Positions 49,637 through 60,267 are shown, counted from the stretch's first letter. The stretch is 64,000 nt of DNA from Gemmatimonadetes bacterium 13_1_20CM_4_69_16 (GCA_001919865.1 MNIR01000058.1:15430-79429), one strand, 5' to 3'. A program made the numbers and translations. Notes: generated by a model from the sequence alone, not told the origin.

Positions 49637-50434
49637 ATGGCCACAGCCGTCGAGACCCTGCGTGACACGCCGTTCGCCATCGGTGGGCGCACGTTCCACT
49701 CGCGCCTGCTGGTGGGGACGGGCAAGTACTCGGACAACGAGACGATGGTCCGCGCCATCGAAGCGTCGGGGGCGGAGATCGTCACCGTCGCGGTGCGGCG
49801 CGTGGATCTGGACCGCACGAAGCAGGCGGGCGTGCTGTACCACCTCGACCCCAAGCGCTATTTCCTGCTCGCGAACACCGCTGGCTGCGCCACGGCGGAG
49901 GACGCGGTGCGGTACGCCCGGCTGGCCCGTGAGGCCGGCTTCAATGAGTTCATCAAGCTCGAAGTGATCGGCGACCAGGAGACGCTCCTCCCCGACGTGC
50001 AGGGCCTGCTCGAGGCCGCGCAGCTTCTGGTGCGGGACGGTTTCAAGGTGCTCGCCTACACGAACGAGGATCTGGTGACGGCGCTGCGACTCGAGGACGC
50101 GGGCTGCGCCGCGGTGATGCCGCTCGCGTCGCCGATCGGCAGCGGGCTCGGGCTCTTGAACCCGTACAGCGTCCGCATCATCAAGCGGCGACTCAAGGTG
50201 CCCGTGGTGGTGGACGCGGGCGTCGGGACAGCGTCGGACGCCTGCATCACGATGGAGCAGGGCGTGGACGGAATCCTCATGAACACCGCGCTGGCGGCGG
50301 CTCAGGATCCGGTCGCGATGGCGCACGCGATGCATCTCGCGGTGGAGGCGGGACGGACCGCGTACCTCGCCGGTCGCATGCCGCGGCGCGAGGTGGCGGT
50401 GCCCTCCTCCCCGCTCGAGGGGATGCTGGATTAG
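49637..50434 (+). CDS. thiG: Thiazole synthase
   Basis: [30 protein letters not shown]. Confidence 0.96.
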   Translation: MATAVETLRDTPFAIGGRTFHSRLLVGTGKYSDNETMVRAIEASGAEIVTVAVRRVDLDRTKQAGVLYHLDPKRYFLLANTAGCATAEDAVRYARLAREAGFNEFIKLEVIGDQETLLPDVQGLLEAAQLLVRDGFKVLAYTNEDLVTALRLEDAGCAAVMPLASPIGSGLGLLNPYSVRIIKRRLKVPVVVDAGVGTASDACITMEQGVDGILMNTALAAAQDPVAMAHAMHLAVEAGRTAYLAGRMPRREVAVPSSPLEGMLD

Positions 50435-50462
50435 GGACGCCACCGCCGCCCGGCGCGCGGCG

Positions 50463-51707
50463 TTGCGGATCCTCGAGGCGGTGCGCTCGGGCGCCACCTT
50501 CGCGACGGCGCGCGATCAGTATCTGGCAGGACTCCACGACCGCGACCGCCGCCTCGCCTACGAGCTCGCCGCGGGCGTGCTGCGCAGCCGGGCCGACCTC
50601 GACCGGGCACTCGAGCTCGCGACGGCTGATCCCCGCCTCCACGACATCCTGCGACTCGGGGCCTACCAGCTGCGCGCACTCGCCCGCGTGCCCGCGTATG
50701 CCGCCGTGTCCACCAGCGTGGACCTGGCGCGCGAGGTCGCCGGGGAAGGCGGCGCCGCGTACCTCAATCAGGCGCTGCGACGACTCGCGGAGTCTGGGAG
50801 CCGGGAGCCGGGAGCAGTACCCTCCCATCCCGAATGGCTCTTGGCCCGCTGGCGGAAGCAGTTCGGCGACGACGAGACGGCGCGGCTCGTCGCGTGGAAC
50901 GACGCCAAGCCGCCCCTGACGCTCCAACCGGCTCGCTGGAATGCAGAGACGCTACGCGCGCGGCTCCAAGCGGCCGGCTTCGGGGTACGAGAAGCGCCGT
51001 GGGGCGCGGGGCTGCTGCTGGCACCGACAGCGACCGCTCCCCGCTCCCTGCTCCCCAGCCGTTTGCCCGGGTTCGGGGAGGGCGCGTTCATCGTGCAAGA
51101 CTCCGCCCACGCGCTCGTCTGCCGCTTCGCGGCGATCCCGCCCGGGGCGCTCACGTACGACGCCTGCGCCGCTCCCGGCGGCAAAGCCGTCTTGCTCGAG
51201 CGGCTGGGCGCGCGGGTAGTGGCCGGCGACGCGCGCCGCGACCGGATGGAGCGCCTCGCGCAGACGGCGCGGCGCGCCGGAGTGGCAATTCGGCTCGCCG
51301 TCGCCGATCTTCTGTCGGCGCCGTTCGCAGCGGGGATACCGGTCGCCGTGTTCGTGGACGCTCCGTGCACGGCGACGGGAACGATGGCGCGTCACCCCGA
51401 TGCGCGCTGGAGGATATCCCTGCGCGCGATCGCCCGCGCGGCGGCGCGGCAGCGCGCCCTGCTCGACGCAGCGGCGCGCCTGGTGCCGCCGGGCGGCCTG
51501 CTGGTGTACGCGACCTGCTCGCTCGAGGCGGAGGAGAACAGCGACATCGTGAACGATTTCCTGGGACGACACCGCGAGTTTCGGCGCGACCGAGCGCCGG
51601 GCACGGTGCCTGCCGAGCTGCTGACGGGGGAGGGCGACTTCCAGTCGCTCCCACAGCGGCACGGCATGGACGGCGCCTACGCGGCGCGCTGCGTGCGGGT
51701 GCGGTGA
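50463..51707 (+). CDS. rsmB: 16S rRNA m5C methyltransferase RsmB/Sun
   Basis: SHPEWL, DACAAPGGK, DAPC, YATCS; true start may be slightly upstream. Confidence 0.88.
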   Translation: MRILEAVRSGATFATARDQYLAGLHDRDRRLAYELAAGVLRSRADLDRALELATADPRLHDILRLGAYQLRALARVPAYAAVSTSVDLAREVAGEGGAAYLNQALRRLAESGSREPGAVPSHPEWLLARWRKQFGDDETARLVAWNDAKPPLTLQPARWNAETLRARLQAAGFGVREAPWGAGLLLAPTATAPRSLLPSRLPGFGEGAFIVQDSAHALVCRFAAIPPGALTYDACAAPGGKAVLLERLGARVVAGDARRDRMERLAQTARRAGVAIRLAVADLLSAPFAAGIPVAVFVDAPCTATGTMARHPDARWRISLRAIARAAARQRALLDAAARLVPPGGLLVYATCSLEAEENSDIVNDFLGRHREFRRDRAPGTVPAELLTGEGDFQSLPQRHGMDGAYAARCVRVR

Positions 51708-52477
51708 TGCAATTCCGGCGCCATCTGCCGCCGATCCACGAGTGGCGACTGCCGGGGCTCGATGCGCGCGGCGCCAAGCGCTGGGGCGCGGCAGTCGCCG
51801 CGGCACTCGCCGCCGGATATCTGACGGCTTACCTGGTGATCTTTCCGGCGCCGATCCTGCACGGGCACCAGGTCGTGCCCCGGGTGCTCGGGCTGTCGCT
51901 GGCCGAAGCCTCGGCCGCGCTCCGCAAGGCCGGGCTGCAGGTCCAGGACGGCGGCTCCGAGCCGCATCCCACGGCGCCGCAGGGGACGGTGATCTGGCAG
52001 GATCCGCCGCCCGGTCTCTCCGCGCCGGCGGGGCTGCGGGTGACCCTGGTGGCGAGCGACGGCCCCCCCAAGATTCCGGTACCGGACGTGGCGGGGCTGG
52101 ACGGCGCCCTGGCTCAGCGTCTGGTGGCGGCCGCGGGCCTCACGGTGAGTCAGGTCGAGTCGGTGCAGGCCGCGGCACCGCGGGGCATCGCGATGCTCAC
52201 TCGCCCGCCGGCGACCACCGTGCTGGCGCCGGGCGCGCCCGTGAGCGTCGTGGTGAGCCGGGGGGCGCCAACCATTCCGGTGCCGGACCTCTTGGGGATG
52301 TCGCAGGCGGACGCGCGCACCCGGCTCGAACTGGAGGGACTGACGCTCGGCACGGTGACGCGACGGCGCACGGCCGACGCGAACCCGGGCACGGTCGTGG
52401 CCCAGCGGCCCGCGGCGGGGACGCTCGCCGCCGCCGCCACCGTGGTGGACATCGTCGTGGCCCGGAGCCCGCAATGA
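51707..52477 (+). CDS. Membrane-anchored PASTA-domain protein (three repeats)
   Basis: VPRVLG, VPDVAG, VPDLLG repeats after a TM helix. Confidence 0.88.
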   Translation: MQFRRHLPPIHEWRLPGLDARGAKRWGAAVAAALAAGYLTAYLVIFPAPILHGHQVVPRVLGLSLAEASAALRKAGLQVQDGGSEPHPTAPQGTVIWQDPPPGLSAPAGLRVTLVASDGPPKIPVPDVAGLDGALAQRLVAAAGLTVSQVESVQAAAPRGIAMLTRPPATTVLAPGAPVSVVVSRGAPTIPVPDLLGMSQADARTRLELEGLTLGTVTRRRTADANPGTVVAQRPAAGTLAAAATVVDIVVARSPQ

Positions 52478-53145
52478 ATAACGGCATCCGCATCGCGCCC
52501 AGCGTGCTCTCCGCCGACCTGACCCGGCTCGCCGAGCAAGTGGGCCAGGTCCTGGCGGGTGGTGCCGATTGGCTGCACGTGGACGTGATGGACGGCCGCT
52601 TCGTGCCGAACCTCACCTTCGGCGCCAACATGATCGAGGCGTTGCGCAAGCTCACCGATCGGCCGATCGATGTGCACCTCATGGTGGTCGAGCCGGAGCG
52701 GTACATCGATGCCTTTGCCGCCGCGGGCGCCTCGGTGTTCACACTGCACCCCGAAGCGACGCTGCACGTGCAACGCCAACTCGCCGCCGCACGCGACCGC
52801 GGGATGCTCGCCGGCCTGGCGCTCAATCCGGGCACGCCGCTCGCGCTGGCGGAGGAAGTCGTCGCTGACTTGGATCTGCTGCTCGTCATGACGGTGAACC
52901 CGGGGTTCGGCGGGCAGGGGTACCTCCCCGCCTCGAACGAGAAGATCCGGCGTGCTCGTGAGCTGCTCTCGGCGCACGGCTCGCGGGCGCTGCTGGAGGT
53001 GGACGGCGGCATCACACCGCAGACGATCGCCGCGGCGCACGCCGCGGGTGCCGACACGTTCGTGGCCGGAAACGCGGTCTTCACCAGCCCCGATCCCGCC
53101 CGCGAGGTACGGGAGCTGCGGCGTCAATGCCTGGTGACCGCGTGA
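52474..53145 (+). CDS. rpe: Ribulose-phosphate 3-epimerase
   Basis: IAPSVLSAD, HVDVMDG, MTVNPGFGGQ, EVDGG. Confidence 0.96.
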   Translation: MNNGIRIAPSVLSADLTRLAEQVGQVLAGGADWLHVDVMDGRFVPNLTFGANMIEALRKLTDRPIDVHLMVVEPERYIDAFAAAGASVFTLHPEATLHVQRQLAAARDRGMLAGLALNPGTPLALAEEVVADLDLLLVMTVNPGFGGQGYLPASNEKIRRARELLSAHGSRALLEVDGGITPQTIAAAHAAGADTFVAGNAVFTSPDPAREVRELRRQCLVTA

Positions 53146-53678
53146 CGCCGCTGCGGCAGTGGTCCATCGCGATCAGCGCCGTCACGGCGCTGGGGTTCGG
53201 CACGGCGCTGGCGGTCAAAGTGTGGCCGCAGCTCGATCTGGTGGGCGCCGGGTCGCGCGCCCCCGGGTTCCACGCCGTGAACCTGCGTACGGCGCAGCCC
53301 GCGTCCCTCGCGAGCTACCGCGACAGGGTGATCCTGCTCAACGTGTGGGCCACCTGGTGCCCGCCGTGCCGCGTCGAGATGCCGTCCCTGGAGCGGCTGC
53401 AGCGAAAGCTCGGCGGCCCGGGCTTCGCGGTGGTCGCGGTGAGCATCGATGAGGGCGACTCGAGCGAAGTGATGAAGTTCGTGCAACAGCTGGGGTTGAG
53501 CTTCGACATCCTCCACGACAAGGGCGGGGCCATCCAGCGCATCTACCAGACCACGGGCGTGCCCGAAAGCTTCGTCATCGACCGAGACGGCGTCATCATC
53601 AAGAAGGTGATCGGCGCGGCGGAATGGGACGGGCCGGTGAACGAGCTCCTGATCCGGAAACTCATCGATGCCCGTTAA
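53142..53678 (+). CDS. TlpA/ResA family disulfide reductase
   Basis: NVWATWCPPCRVEMP, GVPESF; N-terminal TM; start could be 53127. Confidence 0.88.
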   Translation: MTPLRQWSIAISAVTALGFGTALAVKVWPQLDLVGAGSRAPGFHAVNLRTAQPASLASYRDRVILLNVWATWCPPCRVEMPSLERLQRKLGGPGFAVVAVSIDEGDSSEVMKFVQQLGLSFDILHDKGGAIQRIYQTTGVPESFVIDRDGVIIKKVIGAAEWDGPVNELLIRKLIDAR

Positions 53679-54597
53679 CATCGGGCAGCTGTTCGTCCGC
53701 AACTGGCCGATCAAGCTCGCGGCGATGTTCTTCGCCGTCATGCTGTACGTCGCGGTCGCGGCGCAGCAGCCGCTGTCGCAGCGCTTCGCCCTGCGGCTCG
53801 CGGTCACCGTACCGCCGGGGCGCGCCGTGCGGCAGCAGCCCGCGGGGGTGACGGTCACCGTGACCGGCAAAGGCAGCGAGATCATGAAGCTGCGCTCGTT
53901 CCCACGCACCATTCGCAAGACGATCTCCGACACCTTCTCCGGATCGGTGTGGAGCATCCATCTGCAGGCGTCCGACGTGGACATCCCCAAGGGCACCGAC
54001 GTGCAGGTCGTGGAGATCACCCCGCGCGACGTCGACGTGGTGCTCGACCCCGTCGGGAAGAAGGACGTCAGGATCGTACCCCTGGTGCGCGTCGAGGCCG
54101 AGTCGGGCTACGTGCTGCGGGGCCTGTCGATCGTGCCGAGCGTGGCGCGCGTCGTGGGGCCGGAGAAGAGCCTCGCCGCCGTCGACTCCATCACGACGCT
54201 GCCCACCGTCATCTCGAGCGTGAACGGCCCGTTCTTCCGGACCGTCCCGCTCGACACCACGCCGCTCGGCGTGGTACGGGTCGCGCCCAAGGAGGTTCGG
54301 GTCGCGGGTGAGGTGGCGGCGATCGTCGAGCGCTCGATCGGCGCCGTGCCGATCACGACGGCGGCGTCCGGCTTCGCCGGGTTCCTGCTCACGCCCGAAC
54401 GGGTGAGCGTGTGGGTCCGCGGCCCCGAGTCGAAGGTCAGCACGCTCACGAAGGACAGCGTGCGCGTGATCGCGCATCTGGTCGGCAAAGCGGGACCGGG
54501 CGGCTACGCCCGTCTCAGCGTCACCGCGCCGCCCGGGATCCGGGCGCGCGCCGTGCCCGACTCCGTCGGGCTGCGGCGCAAGACGGGCCGTGGCTGA
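53668..54597 (+). CDS. YbbR/CdaR-like protein
   Basis: RNWPIKLAAM TM start; repeated P..V.V.GP beta domains. Confidence 0.75.
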   Translation: MPVNIGQLFVRNWPIKLAAMFFAVMLYVAVAAQQPLSQRFALRLAVTVPPGRAVRQQPAGVTVTVTGKGSEIMKLRSFPRTIRKTISDTFSGSVWSIHLQASDVDIPKGTDVQVVEITPRDVDVVLDPVGKKDVRIVPLVRVEAESGYVLRGLSIVPSVARVVGPEKSLAAVDSITTLPTVISSVNGPFFRTVPLDTTPLGVVRVAPKEVRVAGEVAAIVERSIGAVPITTAASGFAGFLLTPERVSVWVRGPESKVSTLTKDSVRVIAHLVGKAGPGGYARLSVTAPPGIRARAVPDSVGLRRKTGRG

Positions 54598-55642
54598 CGT
54601 CGTCCTGGGGATCGAGACGTCGTGCGACGAGACCTCGGCCGCCGTGCTGGTAGCCGAGCGGGCGGGGCGCCCGCCCGAGCTCGCGAGCCTGGTGATTCTG
54701 TCGCAGGACATCCACAAGGTGTTCGGCGGCGTGGTCCCCGAGTTGGCGAGCCGGGCACACCTCGCGGCGCTCCCCGCGGTGGTGGAGCGCGCCCTCGTGG
54801 AGGCGGGCATCGGGTGGAGCGCGCTGGACGCGGTCGCCGTGACCCAGGGACCGGGGCTCGTGGGTGCGCTGCTGGTCGGCGTGGTGTACGCCAAGGCGCT
54901 CGCCTACGCCGGCGATCGCGCCGTGATCGGGGTGCACCACATGGAGGGACACCTGTTCGCGCCGGCCCTCGAGGATCCCGAGCTCGCGCCCCCGTTCGTC
55001 GCCTTGCTCGTCTCGGGCGGTCATACCCTGCTGCTCGACGTTCTCGCGTGGGGCCGCTACCGCCTGCTCGGCGCAACCCGCGACGACGCCGCCGGCGAAG
55101 CCTTCGACAAGGTCGCGACGCTGCTCGGGCTCGGCTATCCCGGCGGGCCAGCGATCGAGCGGCTGGCCCCAGAAGGTGACCCGGCGCGCTTCAGCTTGCC
55201 CCGCCCGATGCTGGACGACGGATTCGAGTTCTCCTTCTCGGGTCTGAAGACCGCGGTGCTGCACGTGGTGCGCGCGAGCGACGACCTGAGCCGCGACCGG
55301 CCGCACATCGCCCGTGCGTTCCAGGACGCCGTGCTCGACGTGCTGGTGACGAAGCTCGAGCGCGCGGTGCGCGCCACCGGTCGCTCCACGGTCGTGCTGG
55401 GCGGCGGTGTCGCCTGCAGCCGCGCCCTCACGGCCCGCGCCGCCGAGCGACTCACCGGCCTGGCGCGCGTCGCCGTCGCGAGCCCCCGGCTGAACGCGGA
55501 TAACGCCGCCATGATTGCGCGCGCCGGCTGGCATCGTCTCGGCAGGGGCGAGCGCAGCGACTGGACCCTCGACGCCCGCGCCGACCTGCCGTTCCCCGGT
55601 CTCGAGCCGGCGGCCATGCCGCGCGGCGTCCCACACCCATGA
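54590..55642 (+). CDS. tsaD: tRNA t6A transferase subunit TsaD
   Basis: GIETSCDET, HHMEGH, SGGHT, GEAFDK, DNAAMIA. Confidence 0.96.
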   Translation: MADVVLGIETSCDETSAAVLVAERAGRPPELASLVILSQDIHKVFGGVVPELASRAHLAALPAVVERALVEAGIGWSALDAVAVTQGPGLVGALLVGVVYAKALAYAGDRAVIGVHHMEGHLFAPALEDPELAPPFVALLVSGGHTLLLDVLAWGRYRLLGATRDDAAGEAFDKVATLLGLGYPGGPAIERLAPEGDPARFSLPRPMLDDGFEFSFSGLKTAVLHVVRASDDLSRDRPHIARAFQDAVLDVLVTKLERAVRATGRSTVVLGGGVACSRALTARAAERLTGLARVAVASPRLNADNAAMIARAGWHRLGRGERSDWTLDARADLPFPGLEPAAMPRGVPHP

Positions 55643-56511
55643 ACGTTTACCCGCTCGTCGTCCACCTGCCCTTCTGCCTCGGGATTCCCGGGAAGTTCTG
55701 CATTGAGGAGCTCACCGGCTACGGCCTGATGATGATGGTCGCGTTCCTGATGGCGGGCTGGGTGATCCAAGTCGACCTGCGGCGGCGGCACATGAATGAG
55801 GACTACGCCGCGGACATCGTGTTCGGAGCCGTGATCGGCGGCATCGTCGGAGCCAAGATCTGGTACGTGCTACTCACGGGCGCTTGGGACGCCCTGTTCG
55901 GCCGCGGCGGCTTCGTCTGGTACGGCGGGTTCCTGGGCGGCGTCGCCGGGGTGCTCCTGAACGGCTGGCGGAGACGCATCCCCGCGCGCTGGACCATGGA
56001 GCTCACCGCCGCTCCGCTGGCGCTAGGATACGCCCTCGGGCGGGTGGGATGCTTCCTCATCAACGACGACTACGGCATTCCGTCGAAGCTGCCGTGGGCG
56101 ATGTCGTTTCCGGACGGCCGGCCGCCCACGCGGGTCGCCTATCTCCAGCAGATGCACGTAACGTTCCCGCCCGGAACGGACCCCGGCCAATTGGTGGCCG
56201 TGCAGCCCACGCAGCTGTACGAGACCGCGCTGATGATGTTCGCATTCTGGCTGCTGTGGCGCCTGCGGGAGCACGGGCACGGCACCGGCTGGCGATTCGG
56301 GGTCTACCTGGTGCTCGCCGGCGCCGAGCGATTTCTCGTGGAGTTCGTGCGCGCGAAGGACGACCGGCTGCTCGGCCCCTTCACCATCGCCCAAGCGACG
56401 AGCCTGGCGTTGGTGCTGGTGGGCGTCTACGCGATGCAGCGGCTGTGGCACCCCGAGGCCACCGCCTTGCCGACCCCAGCGGCTCTCCAGCTGCCACACA
56501 CCCCCGCCTGA
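55639..56511 (+). CDS. lgt: Prolipoprotein diacylglyceryl transferase
   Basis: WYGG, GRVGCF, PTQLYE, RFLVEFVR. Confidence 0.9.
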   Translation: MNVYPLVVHLPFCLGIPGKFCIEELTGYGLMMMVAFLMAGWVIQVDLRRRHMNEDYAADIVFGAVIGGIVGAKIWYVLLTGAWDALFGRGGFVWYGGFLGGVAGVLLNGWRRRIPARWTMELTAAPLALGYALGRVGCFLINDDYGIPSKLPWAMSFPDGRPPTRVAYLQQMHVTFPPGTDPGQLVAVQPTQLYETALMMFAFWLLWRLREHGHGTGWRFGVYLVLAGAERFLVEFVRAKDDRLLGPFTIAQATSLALVLVGVYAMQRLWHPEATALPTPAALQLPHTPA

Positions 56512-58148
56512 TGCGGCGGCTGCCGGCGATCGCGCTCGCGGCGCTGGCGCTCGGGGCCTGCGAGCGGGGGAGATCCGGACCGCCGGACCTGATCCTCACC
56601 GGGGGCCGGATCTTTACGGCGGACTCGGAGCGCCCCTGGGCCGAAGCGCTCGCCCTGCGCGGTGACCGCATCGTGGCCGTCGGCAGCACGGACTCGGTGC
56701 GCCGTCTGGCCGGCCCGCGCACCCGAGCGCTGGAGCTGGGCGGCCGCACCGTCATCCCCGGCTTAAACGACGCGCACGCGCATCCCGGGCCCGAGCTACG
56801 GGGCACCAGAATCGCGGCAGCCACGGGGGACCCCGCTCTCCTCGAGGTGGTGCGCGCGCTCGCCGCGGCGAGTCGAGTTCGCCCGCGCGGGACGTGGCTA
56901 CTCGCGACGGTGGGCGAGCGCGTGCTCGACGACCCCCGCACCAACCGCTTCTTTCTGGACAGCGTCGTTCCCGACCATCCCGTGGTGCTCGAGAGCTGGT
57001 CGGGCCACATGGCGATCCTCAATAGCGCGACGCTGGGGACGCTCGGGATCGGCCACGACACGCCGGATCCGCCGGGCGGCCGCTACGGACGGGCGCCGGG
57101 ATCGGGGGTGCTGGACGGACGCCTGACAGAGTACGCGTGGTGGAACGCGCGCCGGCGACTCTCTAGCAGCGTCCCCGACAGCGCGAGCCGCGCCGACCTG
57201 CGACGCTATGCCGATGCGGCCGCGCGCTTCGGCATCACCACGGTGCAGGACATGAATAGCGCACTCACGACGGCGCGCGCCGTGGCACTGCTGCGCACCG
57301 CTGACGTGGCGATCCGGTGGCGCGTGATCCGCTTCCCCATGACCCGGCCCGGGGGCCGGGACGTCGCCGACGCGCGCGCCGCCGGCCCGAGCCCGGGCGG
57401 GATGCTCAGGGTCTCGGGGGTCAAGTACATCCTCGACGGCACGCCCGTCGAGCGGGGTGCCGCGATGCGCCGCCCCTACGCCGACCGGCCCGGGTGGTCC
57501 GGCGAGGTCGACTTCCCTCCCGAGACGCTGCAGGCGATCATCCGCGAGACGCTCGCCTCGCGGGAGCAGTTGCTGGTGCACGCCGTGGGAGACAGCGCGA
57601 TCGCCGTGCTGCTGCGCCTGCTGTCCGGCGCCGCGCCGGAATCGACGTGGCACGCGCTGCGGCCGCGGATCGAGCACGGTGACTTCCTCACCGCCGACCT
57701 GCTCCCATCGGCCCGCCGCCTCGGAGTCGTGGTGGTCCAGAACCCCGCACACTTCACGATCCCCGACTTGATCCGGCGCCGCTACGGGCCAGGCCTGGCG
57801 GGCGCAGCGCAGCCGCTGCGCTCGCTCCTCACCGCCGGAGTCCCGATCGCCCTCGGCTCCGATGGTCCGATGAACCCGTACCTCAACCTCATGTTCGCGG
57901 TGACGCACCCCGTCAACCCTGCGGAGGCGCTCACCCGCGAGCAGGCAGTTCTCGCCTACACGCGCGGCTCGGCATACGCCGAGTTCGCCGAGCGGGAGAA
58001 GGGTATGCTCACGCCCGGCATGCTGGCCGACCTCGCCGTCTTGTCGCAGGACATTTTTGCGGTTCCGCTGGGGGAGCTCTCGAAGACCGAGAGCGTGCTG
58101 ACGTTGGTGGGGGGGAAGGTGGCGTACGACGCGGGCGTGGTGAAATAA
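56511..58148 (+). CDS. YtcJ-like amidohydrolase (lipoprotein)
   Basis: Lipobox LGAC, PGLNDAHAH, HAVGD, RIEH, GSD. Confidence 0.88.
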   Translation: MRRLPAIALAALALGACERGRSGPPDLILTGGRIFTADSERPWAEALALRGDRIVAVGSTDSVRRLAGPRTRALELGGRTVIPGLNDAHAHPGPELRGTRIAAATGDPALLEVVRALAAASRVRPRGTWLLATVGERVLDDPRTNRFFLDSVVPDHPVVLESWSGHMAILNSATLGTLGIGHDTPDPPGGRYGRAPGSGVLDGRLTEYAWWNARRRLSSSVPDSASRADLRRYADAAARFGITTVQDMNSALTTARAVALLRTADVAIRWRVIRFPMTRPGGRDVADARAAGPSPGGMLRVSGVKYILDGTPVERGAAMRRPYADRPGWSGEVDFPPETLQAIIRETLASREQLLVHAVGDSAIAVLLRLLSGAAPESTWHALRPRIEHGDFLTADLLPSARRLGVVVVQNPAHFTIPDLIRRRYGPGLAGAAQPLRSLLTAGVPIALGSDGPMNPYLNLMFAVTHPVNPAEALTREQAVLAYTRGSAYAEFAEREKGMLTPGMLADLAVLSQDIFAVPLGELSKTESVLTLVGGKVAYDAGVVK

Positions 58149-58152
58149 GGCG

Positions 58153-60228
58153 TCAGGGAAACGACGGTCGCCTGCGCTCGTCGCCGGCCGCAAACCGGTT
58201 CCGCTGCAGCCACACGACCGCGACGAGCAGCAGCACAACGAGCAGGGCCTGGAGCGACAGCGACTGCAGCGTGGGATAGATCCCGAGCACCGGTATGCGC
58301 GGGGCCCACTCGACGACGGTCGTCTTCACCAGCCCCGCTTCCTGCAAGTCGGCGATGCCCTTTCCGGCGAACACGAAGGCCATGTAGTAGAGCATCGCGC
58401 TGGTGATCGCGAAGAACGGCTTGAGGGGAAGCTTCAAACCGAAGCGATTGATGCCGAGGTAGACCAGCACGAGCGCCGCCGCTCCCACAAGCAGCCCGCC
58501 CACCACCGCCGTCGCGCCCCCCCCCCCGCCGCCGGCTCCACCCACTCCCGGACCGGCTGACGTGAGCAGCGCCTTGTAGAAGAGGATCGTCTCGAATCCT
58601 TCGCGGTAGACCGCGAGGAACGCCACGGACGCGAGCGCGAGACCCGACCCCGCGGACAGCGCGTCTTCCATGCGGCTCTTCACGTAGGCGTTCCACTTGG
58701 CGGCCTCGATCTTCGAGACGAGCCAGTAGCTCACGTAGAACAACACCGCCGTCGCGAGCAGCATGGTCACGCCCTCGAGCGTCTCACGCTGACCCGGCGT
58801 GATCTGGAACAGCACCTCGATCACCACCGCGGTCACCACGCTGGCCGCGACGGCGGCCCACGCGCCGCGCGCGACGTGCCGGCGTCGCTCGACCGCTCCC
58901 GCCTTCGCGAGGAAGGTCATCAGCGCCGCCACGATCAGGATCGCCTCGAACCCTTCCCGCAGCAGCAAGACGAACGACTCCATGAACAGGTTGGCCGCCG
59001 AGCCCTGATCCGCGACCAGCCGCTCGGCGCGCTCGAGCCCCGACAGGAGCCGCGCGTGGATCGCGTCCAGTTCTTCGCGCCCCGCCCCACCGGTCGCACG
59101 CGCGCGCAACGCGGCGAACGCATCCTCGAGCTCGCTCGCCAGGCCCGCGTTGCGCGCACGCACCGCCGTCTCCACTTGCTCGAAGGTGAGGTAGGCGTCG
59201 AAGGCGAGCGGCCCGGACCGAAGCGCCACGGCCGAATCGACCTGACGCCGCACCGCCTCGAACGTCGCCGCGGCCGGTGACGTCGCCTCGTGCCGCTGCC
59301 GCTCCGCCGTCGGCAGCACCCGCAGGAAGGCGACCAGCTTCGCCGCACTCGCCCGATCGAGTGCCTGCGCGAACCCCGGCATCGGCGTGCCGGGACGCCC
59401 GTGCAGGATCAGCTCGATGAGCTCGTCGTCCGAGAACCGGCCCTGTATCGCGAGGTCGCGCAACGCCGGCGGCTGTACGGAGAGCGACGCGGCGAGCGGC
59501 CCGTCGCCGCCGCCGGTGGCGCCGTGGCAGGAAGCGCAGTGCGCCGCGTACAGCCCCTCCCCCTCTCGCTCCTCACCACTCCCCGCGCGCAGCGTGGCGA
59601 CGTAGGTCGCCACCGCCCAGCGGTCTTCCGGCGCCAGCGTTTCCTCGAACTGGGGCATGGCGGTGCCGGCGACCCCGATCGTGACCTTGCGGTAGACGTC
59701 CACGGGTGACACGGGGCTCATCAAGCGCGGGTCGGCGAGACTCGCGGGCCGCGGCCCCTGGAGCTGCGGCGCCTTCGGGCCGTCGCCTCCGCCCGCCGGG
59801 CCGTGACACGCGAGGCACTGCTCACGATAGACGGCCGCTCCGCGCGCCAGGGACGGCGGCTGGACCGGGAATGGGTCGATCGCGCCGCCCGTGGCGGCGG
59901 CGATGCGTCCCACGAGGGCGTTCGCTCGGGCGGTGACGGAATCGGGTGGGGCGGCGCGGTCGACCATCGCCCGCAGGGCGCCGAGCTCCGTGTCGGCGAC
60001 TGCGCGCACTCGGACGGGCAACGCCGGAGCGTCGAGCCGCGCCTGATCGAGAAACTGGCGCGCCTCGTCCACTTCGGCGGGGGCCGTGACCCGCCCGCCC
60101 CGCGGCACCACGCCGGTGGCGTACTCCTTGGCGGCAAGCGATGCGGCGGCGACGATGCGTCGCGCCACCGCCAGGGAGTCCGTCCCCTGCCCGTGGGCTT
60201 CGGCCACGGCACATGCGCTCAACAGCAA
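58153..60228 (-). CDS. Di-heme cytochrome c - FTR1 iron permease fusion
   Basis: CLACH and CASCH; two REGFE motifs; frame open upstream to a CTG at 60267. Confidence 0.9.
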   Translation of the reverse strand: MLLSACAVAEAHGQGTDSLAVARRIVAAASLAAKEYATGVVPRGGRVTAPAEVDEARQFLDQARLDAPALPVRVRAVADTELGALRAMVDRAAPPDSVTARANALVGRIAAATGGAIDPFPVQPPSLARGAAVYREQCLACHGPAGGGDGPKAPQLQGPRPASLADPRLMSPVSPVDVYRKVTIGVAGTAMPQFEETLAPEDRWAVATYVATLRAGSGEEREGEGLYAAHCASCHGATGGGDGPLAASLSVQPPALRDLAIQGRFSDDELIELILHGRPGTPMPGFAQALDRASAAKLVAFLRVLPTAERQRHEATSPAAATFEAVRRQVDSAVALRSGPLAFDAYLTFEQVETAVRARNAGLASELEDAFAALRARATGGAGREELDAIHARLLSGLERAERLVADQGSAANLFMESFVLLLREGFEAILIVAALMTFLAKAGAVERRRHVARGAWAAVAASVVTAVVIEVLFQITPGQRETLEGVTMLLATAVLFYVSYWLVSKIEAAKWNAYVKSRMEDALSAGSGLALASVAFLAVYREGFETILFYKALLTSAGPGVGGAGGGGGGATAVVGGLLVGAAALVLVYLGINRFGLKLPLKPFFAITSAMLYYMAFVFAGKGIADLQEAGLVKTTVVEWAPRIPVLGIYPTLQSLSLQALLVVLLLVAVVWLQRNRFAAGDERRRPSFP

Positions 60229-60252
60229 GCTGACAAACAGCTTACGACAGAT

Positions 60253-60267
60253 GGGGATGATTCTCAG
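60253..60267 (-). promoter_or_regulatory. Putative Fur-type iron box
   Basis: Minus strand TGAGAATCATCCCCA resembles TGAGAATCATTCTCA; located at the 5' end of an iron permease gene. Confidence 0.45.
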
